Shown here: piece after piece, positions 8,552 through 18,027 of the stretch | Layout: the number at the start of each line of letters is the position of its first letter | Position numbering within the stretch: the first letter of the stretch is position 1 | Virus record (IMG/VR): IMGVR_UViG_3300013286_000725 | Location: 41,824 to 105,823 of that record | Strand: one strand, 5' to 3' | Source of the DNA: a virus | DNA length: 64,000 bases | The notes under the pieces: generated by a model | What the model saw: only the letters and a program-made list of their open reading frames with translations | Told to the model about the DNA's origin: nothing | The model's database searches: none | Position numbers and translations under genes: made by a program

Positions 8552-9376
8552 TTGACAAGAGAATTTACACCAGATCCAGTGTTCCATTCAGATACTGACA
8601 ATAAATTTGTAGCAGACGAATACACGCCGTTAGGCAAAGAAGTCTATATTAAAGCAGGCGAAGATATGGGTGACAAAGGCTATCAAGAAGGGTATATGGG
8701 CGATAACATTCGCTTCAAGATGAAACGCGAAGGCAAGCGTTTTTGGGCTGGAGACAATATCAGCGAATATCTTAGCGGATTCGATAAAGAAATACTAATC
8801 AATGAAGCTGCACTGGCATTCGAAACAGTGTTAGATAGATTGCTGATTGACCGCGAAACAGATCCCAACAGCAAAGGTACAGCTCGCCGATTAGCCAAAA
8901 TGTATTTCAACGAAGTAATGGCAGGAAGATATGAACCGGCACCAGATGCAACAGCGTTCCCAAATGATTCGGCAGACCGATATGAAGGTATGCTGGTGGT
9001 TAGAAGCGAGCTACGAAGTATGTGCAGTCATCATCACCAACCTGTCACTGGTGTGGCTTATATTGGTATTATTGCTGCCGATAAACTTATTGGTTTATCT
9101 AAGTATACCCGTATCGCACAGTGGTGTGCAAGAAGAGGTACTCTCCAGGAGGAACTTTGTAATGACATTGCTAGGGAAATCCAAAAAGCAACTGGAGCAG
9201 AAAACTTAGGCGTATACATTCAAGCCACACATGGATGTTGTGAGAATCGTGGCATTATGGCACACTCTAGTTTGACACAAACTACAGTGTTAAAAGGTGC
9301 GTTTAAAGACGACATGGGCACTAAGAAAGAGTTTATGGATAATATTAAAATGCAACAGGAGTTTGCCCCACGATGA
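8552..9376 (+). CDS. folE: GTP cyclohydrolase I
   Basis: SMCSHHHQP, IGLSKYTR, LQEELC, HGCCENRG; TTG start with GGAG RBS. Confidence 0.95.
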   Translation: MTREFTPDPVFHSDTDNKFVADEYTPLGKEVYIKAGEDMGDKGYQEGYMGDNIRFKMKREGKRFWAGDNISEYLSGFDKEILINEAALAFETVLDRLLIDRETDPNSKGTARRLAKMYFNEVMAGRYEPAPDATAFPNDSADRYEGMLVVRSELRSMCSHHHQPVTGVAYIGIIAADKLIGLSKYTRIAQWCARRGTLQEELCNDIAREIQKATGAENLGVYIQATHGCCENRGIMAHSSLTQTTVLKGAFKDDMGTKKEFMDNIKMQQEFAPR

Positions 9377-9486
9377 GATATATTACTAACAAATTTGACA
9401 GTATTCGTTTGCCGGTTGAGTCCGGTTTATTAGAATGGTTGCAGGCGCAATATCCTGCATCAAAATATTATATTAAGGAGAACTAA
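9373..9486 (+). CDS. Small hypothetical protein, 37 aa (not in ORF track)
   Basis: MRYITNKFDSIRLPVESGLLEWLQAQYPASKYYIKEN; ATGA overlap with folE, fills the gap exactly. Confidence 0.6.
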   Translation: MRYITNKFDSIRLPVESGLLEWLQAQYPASKYYIKEN

Positions 9487-9487
9487 A

Positions 9488-10183
9488 ATGTTTGGCGCAA
9501 ATTATATGAATAGCGGTATTTTAAGTTACCGTAGTGCTAGTGAGATTAATGAAGCAATGGGCCGTGTCTACGGTCACATGAGCCTAGCAGTTATTGTATC
9601 AATGTTAGTGAGTTATTTTGTGGGCACAAGTCCAGAGCTACTACAGTTCTTTTTTACAGGCGTTTTAAAGTGGATTGTGATTTTTGCTCCACTTGCGGCA
9701 ATTTTTGGCATCAGCTATGTGCTAGGCAACGATCCGAGTAAACCAGTGGCCCGGTTATGCCTGCATGGTTTTGCGGCCTTGATGGGTTTGAGCTTTGCCA
9801 CAATCTTTGCCATATTCACCATGGGGTCAATTGTGTCAGCATTTATGGGTGCGGCTATCTTGTTTGCGGTAATGAGTGGCTATGGCTACTTTACCAAACA
9901 GAGTCTTGACAGCCTTGGCAAGTTTATGTTTGTTGGTTTAATTGCAATTGTTATTGCCAGTATCGCTAATATTTTTATCGGCTCAACTGTAATGCAAATG
10001 GTTATCAGTGCATTAGCGATTATCATCTTCCTAGGTCTAACGGCATACGATACACAAAAGATCCGCGAAGAACTTAGCGTAGGAACAAGCCCTGCGGTAG
10101 AAGTTCGGGGTGCATTAACTCTATATATGGACTTTATCAACTTGTTTATCAACTTATTACAACTGTTCGGAGATAGAAAATAA
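9488..10183 (+). CDS. Bax inhibitor-1/YccA-family membrane protein
   Basis: About 7 hydrophobic segments; AYDTQKI and ALTLYMDFINLF signatures. Confidence 0.9.
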   Translation: MFGANYMNSGILSYRSASEINEAMGRVYGHMSLAVIVSMLVSYFVGTSPELLQFFFTGVLKWIVIFAPLAAIFGISYVLGNDPSKPVARLCLHGFAALMGLSFATIFAIFTMGSIVSAFMGAAILFAVMSGYGYFTKQSLDSLGKFMFVGLIAIVIASIANIFIGSTVMQMVISALAIIIFLGLTAYDTQKIREELSVGTSPAVEVRGALTLYMDFINLFINLLQLFGDRK

Positions 10184-10185
10184 TC

Positions 10186-10404
10186 ATGACCACTGCCAAA
10201 GAGATGACTGATAATTTGATTTACCGTGCAAAGAACATACAAGAGTTTGTGGTCAACCGATCGATGCCAGATATCCCAACAGGGCTAGTCAAATTCAGTT
10301 TTCAACACACAGCTGGTGAAAAGTATGCTCGTATTTTTGTTCCAGCATTGACTCAAGAAGAGGCGGAATCAATGGTTGACCAATGGTTCCGGGAGAATGT
10401 ATAA
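10186..10404 (+). CDS. Hypothetical protein
   Basis: 72-aa ORF in operon, GGAG upstream. Confidence 0.7.
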   Translation: MTTAKEMTDNLIYRAKNIQEFVVNRSMPDIPTGLVKFSFQHTAGEKYARIFVPALTQEEAESMVDQWFRENV

Positions 10405-10405
10405 T

Positions 10406-10696
10406 ATGAAATGGTTTAAAAAACTAGTTGCCGGTTGGGCAAGAGAAGGTAGAAATTATGAAGAAGATTGCGTACAGTCTAACAGATTGATCAGTACTGC
10501 TGAATGTGCCTCAATCAATGATGACCCTGTACTAAACTTTAAAGTCTACTCAGCAGTGGGTGGCAAGGTTGTAGAGTTTAAACGCTATGATCGCAAAAGT
10601 GATCGAAGCGATTCGACTACCTACATTATTACTAATGATCAAGACTTCGGTGATCGAATTGCTAAGATTGCAACAATGGAACAAATTAAATTATGA
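10406..10696 (+). CDS. Hypothetical protein
   Basis: Likely start ATG 10406 (MKWFKK); overlaps queE start. Confidence 0.7.
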   Translation: MKWFKKLVAGWAREGRNYEEDCVQSNRLISTAECASINDDPVLNFKVYSAVGGKVVEFKRYDRKSDRSDSTTYIITNDQDFGDRIAKIATMEQIKL

Positions 10697-11559
10697 GTAA
10701 GATTAAGATAGCAGAATTATTTTATAGTATACAAGGCGAAGGACGCTACATGGGAGTGCCCAGTGTGTTCCTTAGAACTTTCGGCTGTAATTTCCGCTGT
10801 GCAGGTTTCGGCATGAGTCGAGGCATGTTTAGCGAGGAAGCTGATGAGATTGCCAGTGTTGCTCATATGTTTGAAAAATACGAAAACTTGCCACTAGTCA
10901 GCACAGGCTGTGACAGCTATGCCAGCTGGCATCCCAGTTTTAAAGAACTAAGTCCAATGCTCACTAGTGACGCTATTGCAGATCGTATCTGCGAAATTAT
11001 TCCACACAACGAATGGCGTGATGAACATCTTGTTATTACAGGTGGCGAACCCTTGTTGGGTTGGCAACGGGCATATCCAGACTTGTTGAGTCATCCTAAA
11101 ATGCAAGGTCTTAAAGAAATTACATTTGAAACTAACGGTACTCAAAAACTAACTTCAGAGTTTAAAACATATCTGGCAAATTGGATTGACGGAGATGCTA
11201 ATGGGCATTTACGAAATGGCAACAGTCTCACATTCAGTGTAAGTGCCAAACTTCCAGCAAGTGGAGAAAAGTGGGAGGATGCTATTTGTCCGGAAATTGT
11301 TTGTGAATATGAACAAGTTGGTACAGCATATTTAAAGTTTGTTGTAGCAACAGAGCAGGACATTGCTGATGCCGAATGTGCAGCAGGCGCTTATCGTGCG
11401 GCAGGATTTACTGGACACATTTATCTAATGCCAGTAGGCGGTGTGGAAAGTGTTTATACCTTAAATGCAAAGAATGTAGCTCTAGCGGCAATGAAGCGTG
11501 GCTGGAGATATAGTGATAGACTACAAGTGCCACTATTTAAAAATGAGTGGGGTACTTGA
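10693..11559 (+). CDS. queE: 7-carboxy-7-deazaguanine synthase (radical SAM)
   Basis: ELFYSIQGEG, VFLRTFGCNFRC...CDS, VITGGEP, FETNG, SDRLQ. Confidence 0.92.
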   Translation: MSKIKIAELFYSIQGEGRYMGVPSVFLRTFGCNFRCAGFGMSRGMFSEEADEIASVAHMFEKYENLPLVSTGCDSYASWHPSFKELSPMLTSDAIADRICEIIPHNEWRDEHLVITGGEPLLGWQRAYPDLLSHPKMQGLKEITFETNGTQKLTSEFKTYLANWIDGDANGHLRNGNSLTFSVSAKLPASGEKWEDAICPEIVCEYEQVGTAYLKFVVATEQDIADAECAAGAYRAAGFTGHIYLMPVGGVESVYTLNAKNVALAAMKRGWRYSDRLQVPLFKNEWGT

Positions 11560-11969
11560 TGAAACAAATAATTAAAAAACTATTTGGCATTGACAAAATT
11601 GAAAAAGAAAAAGAACAAGTCATTGCCAGATTAGAAGAAGCCAAACAGGCAGAAACAACTGCCAAAATGACTCCAAAGGAACTGGCCACCGCCAAAGGTG
11701 AGCCGTGGGTAGCAGTTCTTGATACGCATGTTAACAAAGAGAATGTTAGAAATGGCTTTTTTGAACTTGACTGGAATGACCTATTTGTAGTACAATTGAA
11801 GCAAGCAGGATATGGATTTGATGGTGATCCAGACGAAGAGATTGTGGATCGTTGGTTCAGAGACCTCGCCCGTAATATGCTTACCGAAGAAGGGCTTGAT
11901 CCTACTAGACGAGGAGCAGGTTTTATTAATGTAATTCCAATTGACAAAAACAAAAGCGAAGTTTCATGA
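11559..11969 (+). CDS. Hypothetical protein
   Basis: Likely start ATG 11559; GFFELDWND core. Confidence 0.75.
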   Translation: MKQIIKKLFGIDKIEKEKEQVIARLEEAKQAETTAKMTPKELATAKGEPWVAVLDTHVNKENVRNGFFELDWNDLFVVQLKQAGYGFDGDPDEEIVDRWFRDLARNMLTEEGLDPTRRGAGFINVIPIDKNKSEVS

Positions 11970-12952
11970 CATATATTTTAGTTGATACTGCTAATACATT
12001 TTTTCGTGCTCGACATGTTATTCGCGGTGACGCGGATATTAAATTAGGCATGGCCTTGCATATTACCTTTAACAGTATCAAGAAAGCATGGCAAGACTTT
12101 GATGGTCGCCATGTGGTGTTTTGTCTCGAGGGGCGTAGCTGGCGTAAGGATTTCTATGCTCCGTACAAACGCAATCGACAAGAAACTCGTGCGGCTATGA
12201 GTGCCAAAGAACAAGAAGAAGACAAATTGTTTTGGGAAACATTTGATAAATTTAAAGAGTTTATCTCTGATAAATCTAACTGCACAGTACTACAAAATCC
12301 TCGACTAGAAGCAGATGATTTGATTGCTGGCTTTGTTCAAAGTCATCCCGATGACGATCATGTGATTATTTCGACAGACGGAGATTTTGCACAATTGATT
12401 GCTCCAAATGTTCGACAGTACAACGGTGTAGCAGATACTACACTTACACACGAAGGCTTGTTTGACAAGAAAGGCAAAAGTGTAATTGACAAGAAAACTA
12501 AAGAGCCAGTTAAAGCACAAGACCCAGAATGGATGCTGTTCGAAAAATGTATGCGTGGCGATACCAGTGACAATGTGTTCTCGGCCTATCCAGGTGTGCG
12601 TACCAAAGGTACAAAAAACAAAGTTGGTCTTACCGAAGCGTTTGAGGATCGTAAGAGCAAAGGCTATGCGTGGAACAATCTCATGCTGCAGAGATGGGTT
12701 GATCACAATAAAGTAGAACACCGCGTTATGGACGACTATGCTCGAAATATCACACTGTGTGATTTGACTGCACAACCTGCTGATATTAGAGAAATAATTA
12801 ACACTACTATTGCTACAGAATTAGCAAAAGAAAAGAATGTCACTCAAGTTGGCATTAGACTGTTGAAATTTTGTCAACTTTACGATATGAAAAAGATCAT
12901 GGATACTATCCAATTGTATGCAGAACCATTCCAAGCGAGATACCATAAATGA
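11966..12952 (+). CDS. rnh: RNase H / 5'-3' exonuclease (T4 rnh, FEN family)
   Basis: ILVD, YKRNR, EADD, STDGDFAQL, GDTSDNV. Confidence 0.9.
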   Translation: MTYILVDTANTFFRARHVIRGDADIKLGMALHITFNSIKKAWQDFDGRHVVFCLEGRSWRKDFYAPYKRNRQETRAAMSAKEQEEDKLFWETFDKFKEFISDKSNCTVLQNPRLEADDLIAGFVQSHPDDDHVIISTDGDFAQLIAPNVRQYNGVADTTLTHEGLFDKKGKSVIDKKTKEPVKAQDPEWMLFEKCMRGDTSDNVFSAYPGVRTKGTKNKVGLTEAFEDRKSKGYAWNNLMLQRWVDHNKVEHRVMDDYARNITLCDLTAQPADIREIINTTIATELAKEKNVTQVGIRLLKFCQLYDMKKIMDTIQLYAEPFQARYHK

Positions 12953-13425
12953 ATTTAAAAGCTAAACCCATTGTCGACGGCAAATTCTGGATCGTTGAAA
13001 ACGACGGAGAAAGAGTTGCCACGCTACATAAAAAAGAAAACAACAAGTTTATGTTAAGCAGTAAAGAAGGCGAAGCATATTTTAACAAAAAAGATGACTT
13101 GGTTAAACAATTTGGTATTGACTTTTTCCAAGTCAGTTCAAAAACCAAAGTATCAGATATTGAAGATCGTGATGTCTACGGCTTCCCTACCAGTTGTAAA
13201 CCCTACAATCCCTTGTACAATGTACAGAGAAAACTTCCCCTGTTTACCAAAAGCAATGCCAGTAAAAGTCTCTATTGCGCTGGATACTATACTGTTAAAT
13301 TTGACAAGGGTTGGGTCAAAAGTTTCTGTCCTAAACTGATCACTGTTGAGAGATATCCATATAAAGGCCCTTTTAAAAGCGACCTAGAAATGAAACAGGT
13401 GTTGTCTAATGCAAAATCCAATTAA
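12949..13425 (+). CDS. Hypothetical protein
   Basis: 158-aa ORF overlapping neighbours. Confidence 0.75.
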   Translation: MNLKAKPIVDGKFWIVENDGERVATLHKKENNKFMLSSKEGEAYFNKKDDLVKQFGIDFFQVSSKTKVSDIEDRDVYGFPTSCKPYNPLYNVQRKLPLFTKSNASKSLYCAGYYTVKFDKGWVKSFCPKLITVERYPYKGPFKSDLEMKQVLSNAKSN

Positions 13426-13651
13426 TACTGTACCCATTCAGCAGTTTATACAGCAGGTAAAGGCCGCTGATCTAAGTCAACAACGAGAAATTAAACTGGA
13501 CATTAAAACTGCCAAACTGCTGGCACTTACTCTAGGCGAAATTTCAGCAAAACTGTTGGAAGATTACGATATCATACTGCGCAAATTAGAACAAAATGCA
13601 GGCGGAACTGTGTCTGTGCAAATGGACGGTGGTGGGTTTTTGAACAATTAA
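13409..13651 (+). CDS. Hypothetical protein
   Basis: 80 aa, ends VQMDGGGF. Confidence 0.7.
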   Translation: MQNPINTVPIQQFIQQVKAADLSQQREIKLDIKTAKLLALTLGEISAKLLEDYDIILRKLEQNAGGTVSVQMDGGGFLNN

Positions 13652-13654
13652 GTG

Positions 13655-13661
13655 ATAAATA
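13655..13661 (+). promoter_or_regulatory. Late (gp55-type) promoter motif ATAAATA
   Basis: Intergenic match to T4 late core TATAAATA. Confidence 0.55.
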
Positions 13662-13687
13662 TATGCGTAGTTAACAGGACGCATATC

Positions 13688-13972
13688 ATGTCAAGACCAA
13701 AACCAAAAGTTTTATTAGAGCATATTAATAAAAAAACCTATAAGAGCGAGCAGATACTCGAGGCTGAAGCTATTTGGGCAGTGTTCTATAAAAATTTGCC
13801 TTTCAACTTGAAAAGTGCAAACAGTCTTACCAGCTACCCGGGTCCTAAATACAAGAAAACTAGTTTTTCAAATCCAGGACATGCGATCAACCTAGCTAAA
13901 AAGTTAAACACAATGTTCAATTGTGCAGACTTCCAGGTGGTCACATTGACTTCCGGTGCAGTATTGAAATGA
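13688..13972 (+). CDS. Basic hypothetical protein
   Basis: MSRPKPKVLL start after AGGA. Confidence 0.75.
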   Translation: MSRPKPKVLLEHINKKTYKSEQILEAEAIWAVFYKNLPFNLKSANSLTSYPGPKYKKTSFSNPGHAINLAKKLNTMFNCADFQVVTLTSGAVLK

Positions 13973-14367
13973 TTTCAAAAGAAACATACACTAAAATATT
14001 TCTTGAACAAAAACAAAGAAGTACAGACAGTGCCAATGTAAAATTACATCTATTCAAATGGTGGCAAAGCCACAGATCAAAGGACAGTGGTGGTCTACGC
14101 CTTAGTGACGAAGGCTACACTTATTTGGTAAATGATTTGGAACTTAAAGAATACGAAATCCCATTTACCGAGCCAATTGATCTAAGTCCTCAAACAATCA
14201 TCTTTTTTGATCGCACAATGGACAGTCCATATTATTTGACTAACCAAAGTATTACCGTATTTTCGGAGAAAAAGCATTTTGAGCTTTGCTTGTTTTCGGA
14301 CGATATCCGTAGATACGGACTGGTCAAAGCAATAAACAAACAAAACAACGAAGCTCAAACGGACTAA
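13969..14367 (+). CDS. Hypothetical protein
   Basis: ATGA overlap; GGLRLSDEG motif. Confidence 0.75.
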   Translation: MISKETYTKIFLEQKQRSTDSANVKLHLFKWWQSHRSKDSGGLRLSDEGYTYLVNDLELKEYEIPFTEPIDLSPQTIIFFDRTMDSPYYLTNQSITVFSEKKHFELCLFSDDIRRYGLVKAINKQNNEAQTD

Positions 14368-14383
14368 AAAAGTTAAAAACCTG

Positions 14384-14412
14384 TTGACGAGGTAGCTGTT
14401 AGGCAGTATAAT
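14384..14412 (+). promoter_or_regulatory. Sigma70 early promoter
   Basis: TTGACG-17 bp-TATAAT with A-rich upstream tract. Confidence 0.8.
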
Positions 14413-14459
14413 AGAACATAGACAGTTAATTCTTAACGCTTTTTTAACCAGGAGTAAAT

Positions 14460-15551
14460 ATGAGCGAGATCGTAAGTCGTACAGTAGGTCCCAAAAGTGC
14501 CAAAAAATCACTTCGCCGGGCGTTTAAAGCTAATCGTCCAGTGTTCCTTTGGGGCCCTCCTGGAATTGGCAAGTCTGATATTGTTAAGCAAATGGGTGTA
14601 GAGCTTGATGCTCATGTGATTGATATCCGTTTGAGCTTGTGGGAGCCCACCGATATCAAAGGTATTCCCTACTTTGACAGCAATGTCAAAGCAATGGTTT
14701 GGGCTCCTCCTATTGAGTTGCCAGATGCTGCATTGGCCGCTAAACACAAAAAAATCATCCTGTTTATGGATGAAATGAACAGTGCGGCTCCTAGTGTGCA
14801 GGCCGCGGCTTATCAGTTGGTCTTGAATCGTCGTGTTGGTACTTACAAGTTGCCGGACAATGTGCTGATTGTTGCCGCAGGTAACCGTGAAACTGACAAG
14901 GGTGTAACTTATCGTATGCCTGCTCCGTTGGCAAACCGCTTTGTTCACTTGGAAATGACAGTTGATTGGGAAGACTACTTTGGTTGGGCTACTGACAACA
15001 AGATCCACAAGGATGTTGTAGGCTTTTTGACCTTCAGTAAAAAGGACTTATACGACTTTGATCCTAAGAGCTCAAGCCGTGCGTTTGCTACTCCACGCTC
15101 TTGGACCTTTGTTAGCGAACTCCTGTTTGATGACGATGAGGATACTGATACATTGACCGATTTGGTGTCGGGTGCGGTAGGTGAAGGTCTTGCTGTTAAG
15201 TTCATGGCACACCGTAAGATTGCCAGCAAGTTGCCGGATCCTACAGACATTTTGAATGGCAAAGTTAAGAAAATGGACACTAAAGAAATCAGTGCCATGT
15301 ACTCGCTGACTGTGTCATTGTGCTACGAATTGAAGGACTCCTCTGAAAAGAAGGCTAAAAATTGGAATGATCAAGTTAACAACTTCTTCCAATTCATGAT
15401 GGACAATTTTGATACAGAATTGGTTGTTATGGGCACTAAACTTGCTCTTACCCAATATCAATTGCCATTGGATCCAGACGAAATCAAATGTTTTGATGAC
15501 TTCCATGCCAAATATGGTAAGTATATTGCGGCGGCAACAGAAAAGCGTTAA
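14460..15551 (+). CDS. MoxR-like AAA+ ATPase
   Basis: Walker A GPPGIGKS, Walker B LFMDE, AAGNR, LANRF, TPRSW. Confidence 0.92.
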   Translation: MSEIVSRTVGPKSAKKSLRRAFKANRPVFLWGPPGIGKSDIVKQMGVELDAHVIDIRLSLWEPTDIKGIPYFDSNVKAMVWAPPIELPDAALAAKHKKIILFMDEMNSAAPSVQAAAYQLVLNRRVGTYKLPDNVLIVAAGNRETDKGVTYRMPAPLANRFVHLEMTVDWEDYFGWATDNKIHKDVVGFLTFSKKDLYDFDPKSSSRAFATPRSWTFVSELLFDDDEDTDTLTDLVSGAVGEGLAVKFMAHRKIASKLPDPTDILNGKVKKMDTKEISAMYSLTVSLCYELKDSSEKKAKNWNDQVNNFFQFMMDNFDTELVVMGTKLALTQYQLPLDPDEIKCFDDFHAKYGKYIAAATEKR

Positions 15552-15566
15552 GCTAACCAAAACCAA

Positions 15567-15595
15567 TTGACACCTCCTTCGGGAGGTGTTATAAT
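15567..15595 (+). promoter_or_regulatory. Consensus sigma70 promoter whose spacer is a UUCG hairpin
   Basis: TTGACA-17-TATAAT; GACACCTCC-TTCG-GGAGGTGTT. Confidence 0.8.
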
Positions 15596-15621
15596 ATATA
15601 CTATAGCAAAAAGGAGCAATC

Positions 15622-16791
15622 ATGTCACATTTAGATCCCGTAATTGATAAAATTATTATAGCTCGTGTGGGCCTGCTACTGCGCCATCCATTCTTTGGTA
15701 ATATGGCAACCCGTCTTAAAATTGTAGACGGTTCTGATTGGCTTACTACTGCGGCAACTGATGGTCGACATTTGTTTTACAGCCGTCCTTTCTTTGAAAA
15801 ACTCACAGTCAAACAGGTAGAGTTTGTTGTTGCACACGAAATTCTGCATAATGTGTTTGAGCATATGCTTCGTGTGGAAGGCCGTGATCGTGCAATTTGG
15901 AATGCCGCGGCAGACTACAGTGTCAACGGCACATTGGTTCGTGACCGTATTGGTGAAGTGCCGCCAGATATCAAAATCTATCACGATACCAAACACTACG
16001 GCAAAAGTACAGAACAAGTGTACGACGAGATCTACGAGGACGAGGACGAGAAATCGTTGCAAGCTCTGGGTCAATTGCTGGACGATCACATTGATTGGGA
16101 GAAGGACGGTAAAGACGGACAGCCTAAGTACAGCAAAGAAGAGCTCAAACAAATTCGTGATGAGATCAAAGAAGCTACCATTGCGGCGGCACAGGCAGCT
16201 GGAGCAGGTAATACACCTGCAGAAATCCAACGCATGATCAAAGATCTTACTGAGCCTAAAATGAATTGGCGCGAGATCCTGCGTCAGCAAATTCAAAGTA
16301 CAATTAAGAATGACTATACATTTATGCGTCCTAACCGTAAGGGCTGGCACATGAACGCTATTCTTCCAGGTACTAACTATGACGAGACCATTGATATTTG
16401 TGTAGCCATTGACATGTCAGGATCAATTAGCGATAGTCAAGCTAAAGACTTTATCAGTGAGATTAAAGGCATTATGGACGAGTACAAAGAGTACAAGATC
16501 AAAGTATGGTGCTTTGATACTAAAGTCTACAATGAACAAGACTATGACAGCTACGGCGAAGATATTTCAGACTACGAAGTTATGGGTGGTGGTGGCACTG
16601 AATTTGATGCCAACTGGGATTACATGAAGAAACATGATATTCAACCTAAGAAGTTTATCATGTTTACAGACGGTTATCCCTGGGGCTCATGGGGTGATGA
16701 AAACTACTGTGATACAGTGTTCATTATCCATGGCAACGACAAAATTGTTCCACCGTTTGGTACTCATGCCTATTACGAAGAAGCCAAGTAA
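15622..16791 (+). CDS. Metallopeptidase-like + VWA-like domain protein (DUF2201 type), MoxR partner
   Basis: TAATDG, HEILH, MIDAS DMSGS, GGGGTEF, FTDG. Confidence 0.9.
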   Translation: MSHLDPVIDKIIIARVGLLLRHPFFGNMATRLKIVDGSDWLTTAATDGRHLFYSRPFFEKLTVKQVEFVVAHEILHNVFEHMLRVEGRDRAIWNAAADYSVNGTLVRDRIGEVPPDIKIYHDTKHYGKSTEQVYDEIYEDEDEKSLQALGQLLDDHIDWEKDGKDGQPKYSKEELKQIRDEIKEATIAAAQAAGAGNTPAEIQRMIKDLTEPKMNWREILRQQIQSTIKNDYTFMRPNRKGWHMNAILPGTNYDETIDICVAIDMSGSISDSQAKDFISEIKGIMDEYKEYKIKVWCFDTKVYNEQDYDSYGEDISDYEVMGGGGTEFDANWDYMKKHDIQPKKFIMFTDGYPWGSWGDENYCDTVFIIHGNDKIVPPFGTHAYYEEAK

Positions 16792-17069
16792 TGGCTCTTA
16801 AGAACGGTAAGGTAAACGCTCTTAATGCGCTGGATTTGAGAAAGGTTTCTTTTCCAGCGCATCATTTTCACTATGCACTATTAGACAAGTATAGTCCTTC
16901 ATACTTAAAACAGATAGATACATGGATTTACCATAATCTTAATAGTCGCTACTACGCAGGACAAGCTATTGATCTAATAGACAATACTATTGTTTTTGTA
17001 ACAAAAATTGGATTTGAACAAGAAAAAGAACTTAGTTTCTTCAAACTTGCGTGTCCACATTTAACATAA
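16791..17069 (+). CDS. Hypothetical protein
   Basis: 92 aa, TAATG overlap. Confidence 0.75.
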   Translation: MALKNGKVNALNALDLRKVSFPAHHFHYALLDKYSPSYLKQIDTWIYHNLNSRYYAGQAIDLIDNTIVFVTKIGFEQEKELSFFKLACPHLT

Positions 17070-17111
17070 CAGATAATTAATATACATATATAATTTTTTA
17101 AGGAGACTTAT

Positions 17112-17354
17112 ATGGCCGATGAAAATCAACAAACAGCAGAAAACGCACCCGCACAAGACAACGGTGATTTGACAATTAATGATCTTAACGCAATGAAACA
17201 AATCATTGATGTTGCCAGCTCACGCGGAGCCTTTAAACCAGGTGAAATGGTAGCAGTGGGACAGACCTATAACAAATTAGCCACATTTTTAGAAAATGTA
17301 GCAAAACAATCACAACAAACCGCACCCGCTACAGCGCCTGCTCAAGGAGCATAA
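17112..17354 (+). CDS. Hypothetical protein
   Basis: AAGGAG RBS; IIDVASSRGAFK core; ATAATTA late-like motif at 17073-17079. Confidence 0.8.
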   Translation: MADENQQTAENAPAQDNGDLTINDLNAMKQIIDVASSRGAFKPGEMVAVGQTYNKLATFLENVAKQSQQTAPATAPAQGA

Positions 17355-17355
17355 T

Positions 17356-18027
17356 ATGTCCGAACTAAAACATGTAGGCAGGATGAAAAATACAGGGCGT
17401 AAATGTCTTGTTGTTTTTCGTACCCTGCCAGGCGATGCATTTAGTTGTTTAATTATTCCAACAGAATCATTGCCCGATAGCTATCATGATTCACTTATCA
17501 GTCTAGTAGAATCTAATGCCGCTCAATCGACTAACGAATTTAGTGAAGTCTTGGCCCGTGCTGTATTTTCAGACGGATCCACTATGTTGCCAACTTTGCA
17601 TGTCAAAGGTTATTTGAGTAAAGTAGCCACTGACGAAGTAGAGATGACACCTAATAATCAAGCAAGTGTATTGTTAAGTGATCTTAATCAACTGATTGCA
17701 GAACAACAAGGTGTTAGTGTTCAAGATTTGGCTATTAAATCTTCGCAACCTGATCCTAATGTTGAGATTAAAGAAGTTGCCAGTGCTAAGGATATCAGTC
17801 CCAAAACTGGTAATACTGATCCATTAATAGATCAAGTGGAAGACTTTGGTCGCACAACCAGTGCAAGTGTTAATCAAGAAACGCCAGTTACTAAATTTGA
17901 TACTCCCGAAGCTGAAGCCAAATACTATCGTAGTCAGGCAGATCGATTGGCCAAGCAGGCAGCAGAAATGCGCCGCAAAGCCGAAGAAGTCTTTCCTACT
18001 AAAAAGAAAACTACTAGCGTATTGTGA
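17356..18027 (+). CDS. Hypothetical protein
   Basis: 223 aa, AAGGAG RBS. Confidence 0.8.
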   Translation: MSELKHVGRMKNTGRKCLVVFRTLPGDAFSCLIIPTESLPDSYHDSLISLVESNAAQSTNEFSEVLARAVFSDGSTMLPTLHVKGYLSKVATDEVEMTPNNQASVLLSDLNQLIAEQQGVSVQDLAIKSSQPDPNVEIKEVASAKDISPKTGNTDPLIDQVEDFGRTTSASVNQETPVTKFDTPEAEAKYYRSQADRLAKQAAEMRRKAEEVFPTKKKTTSVL

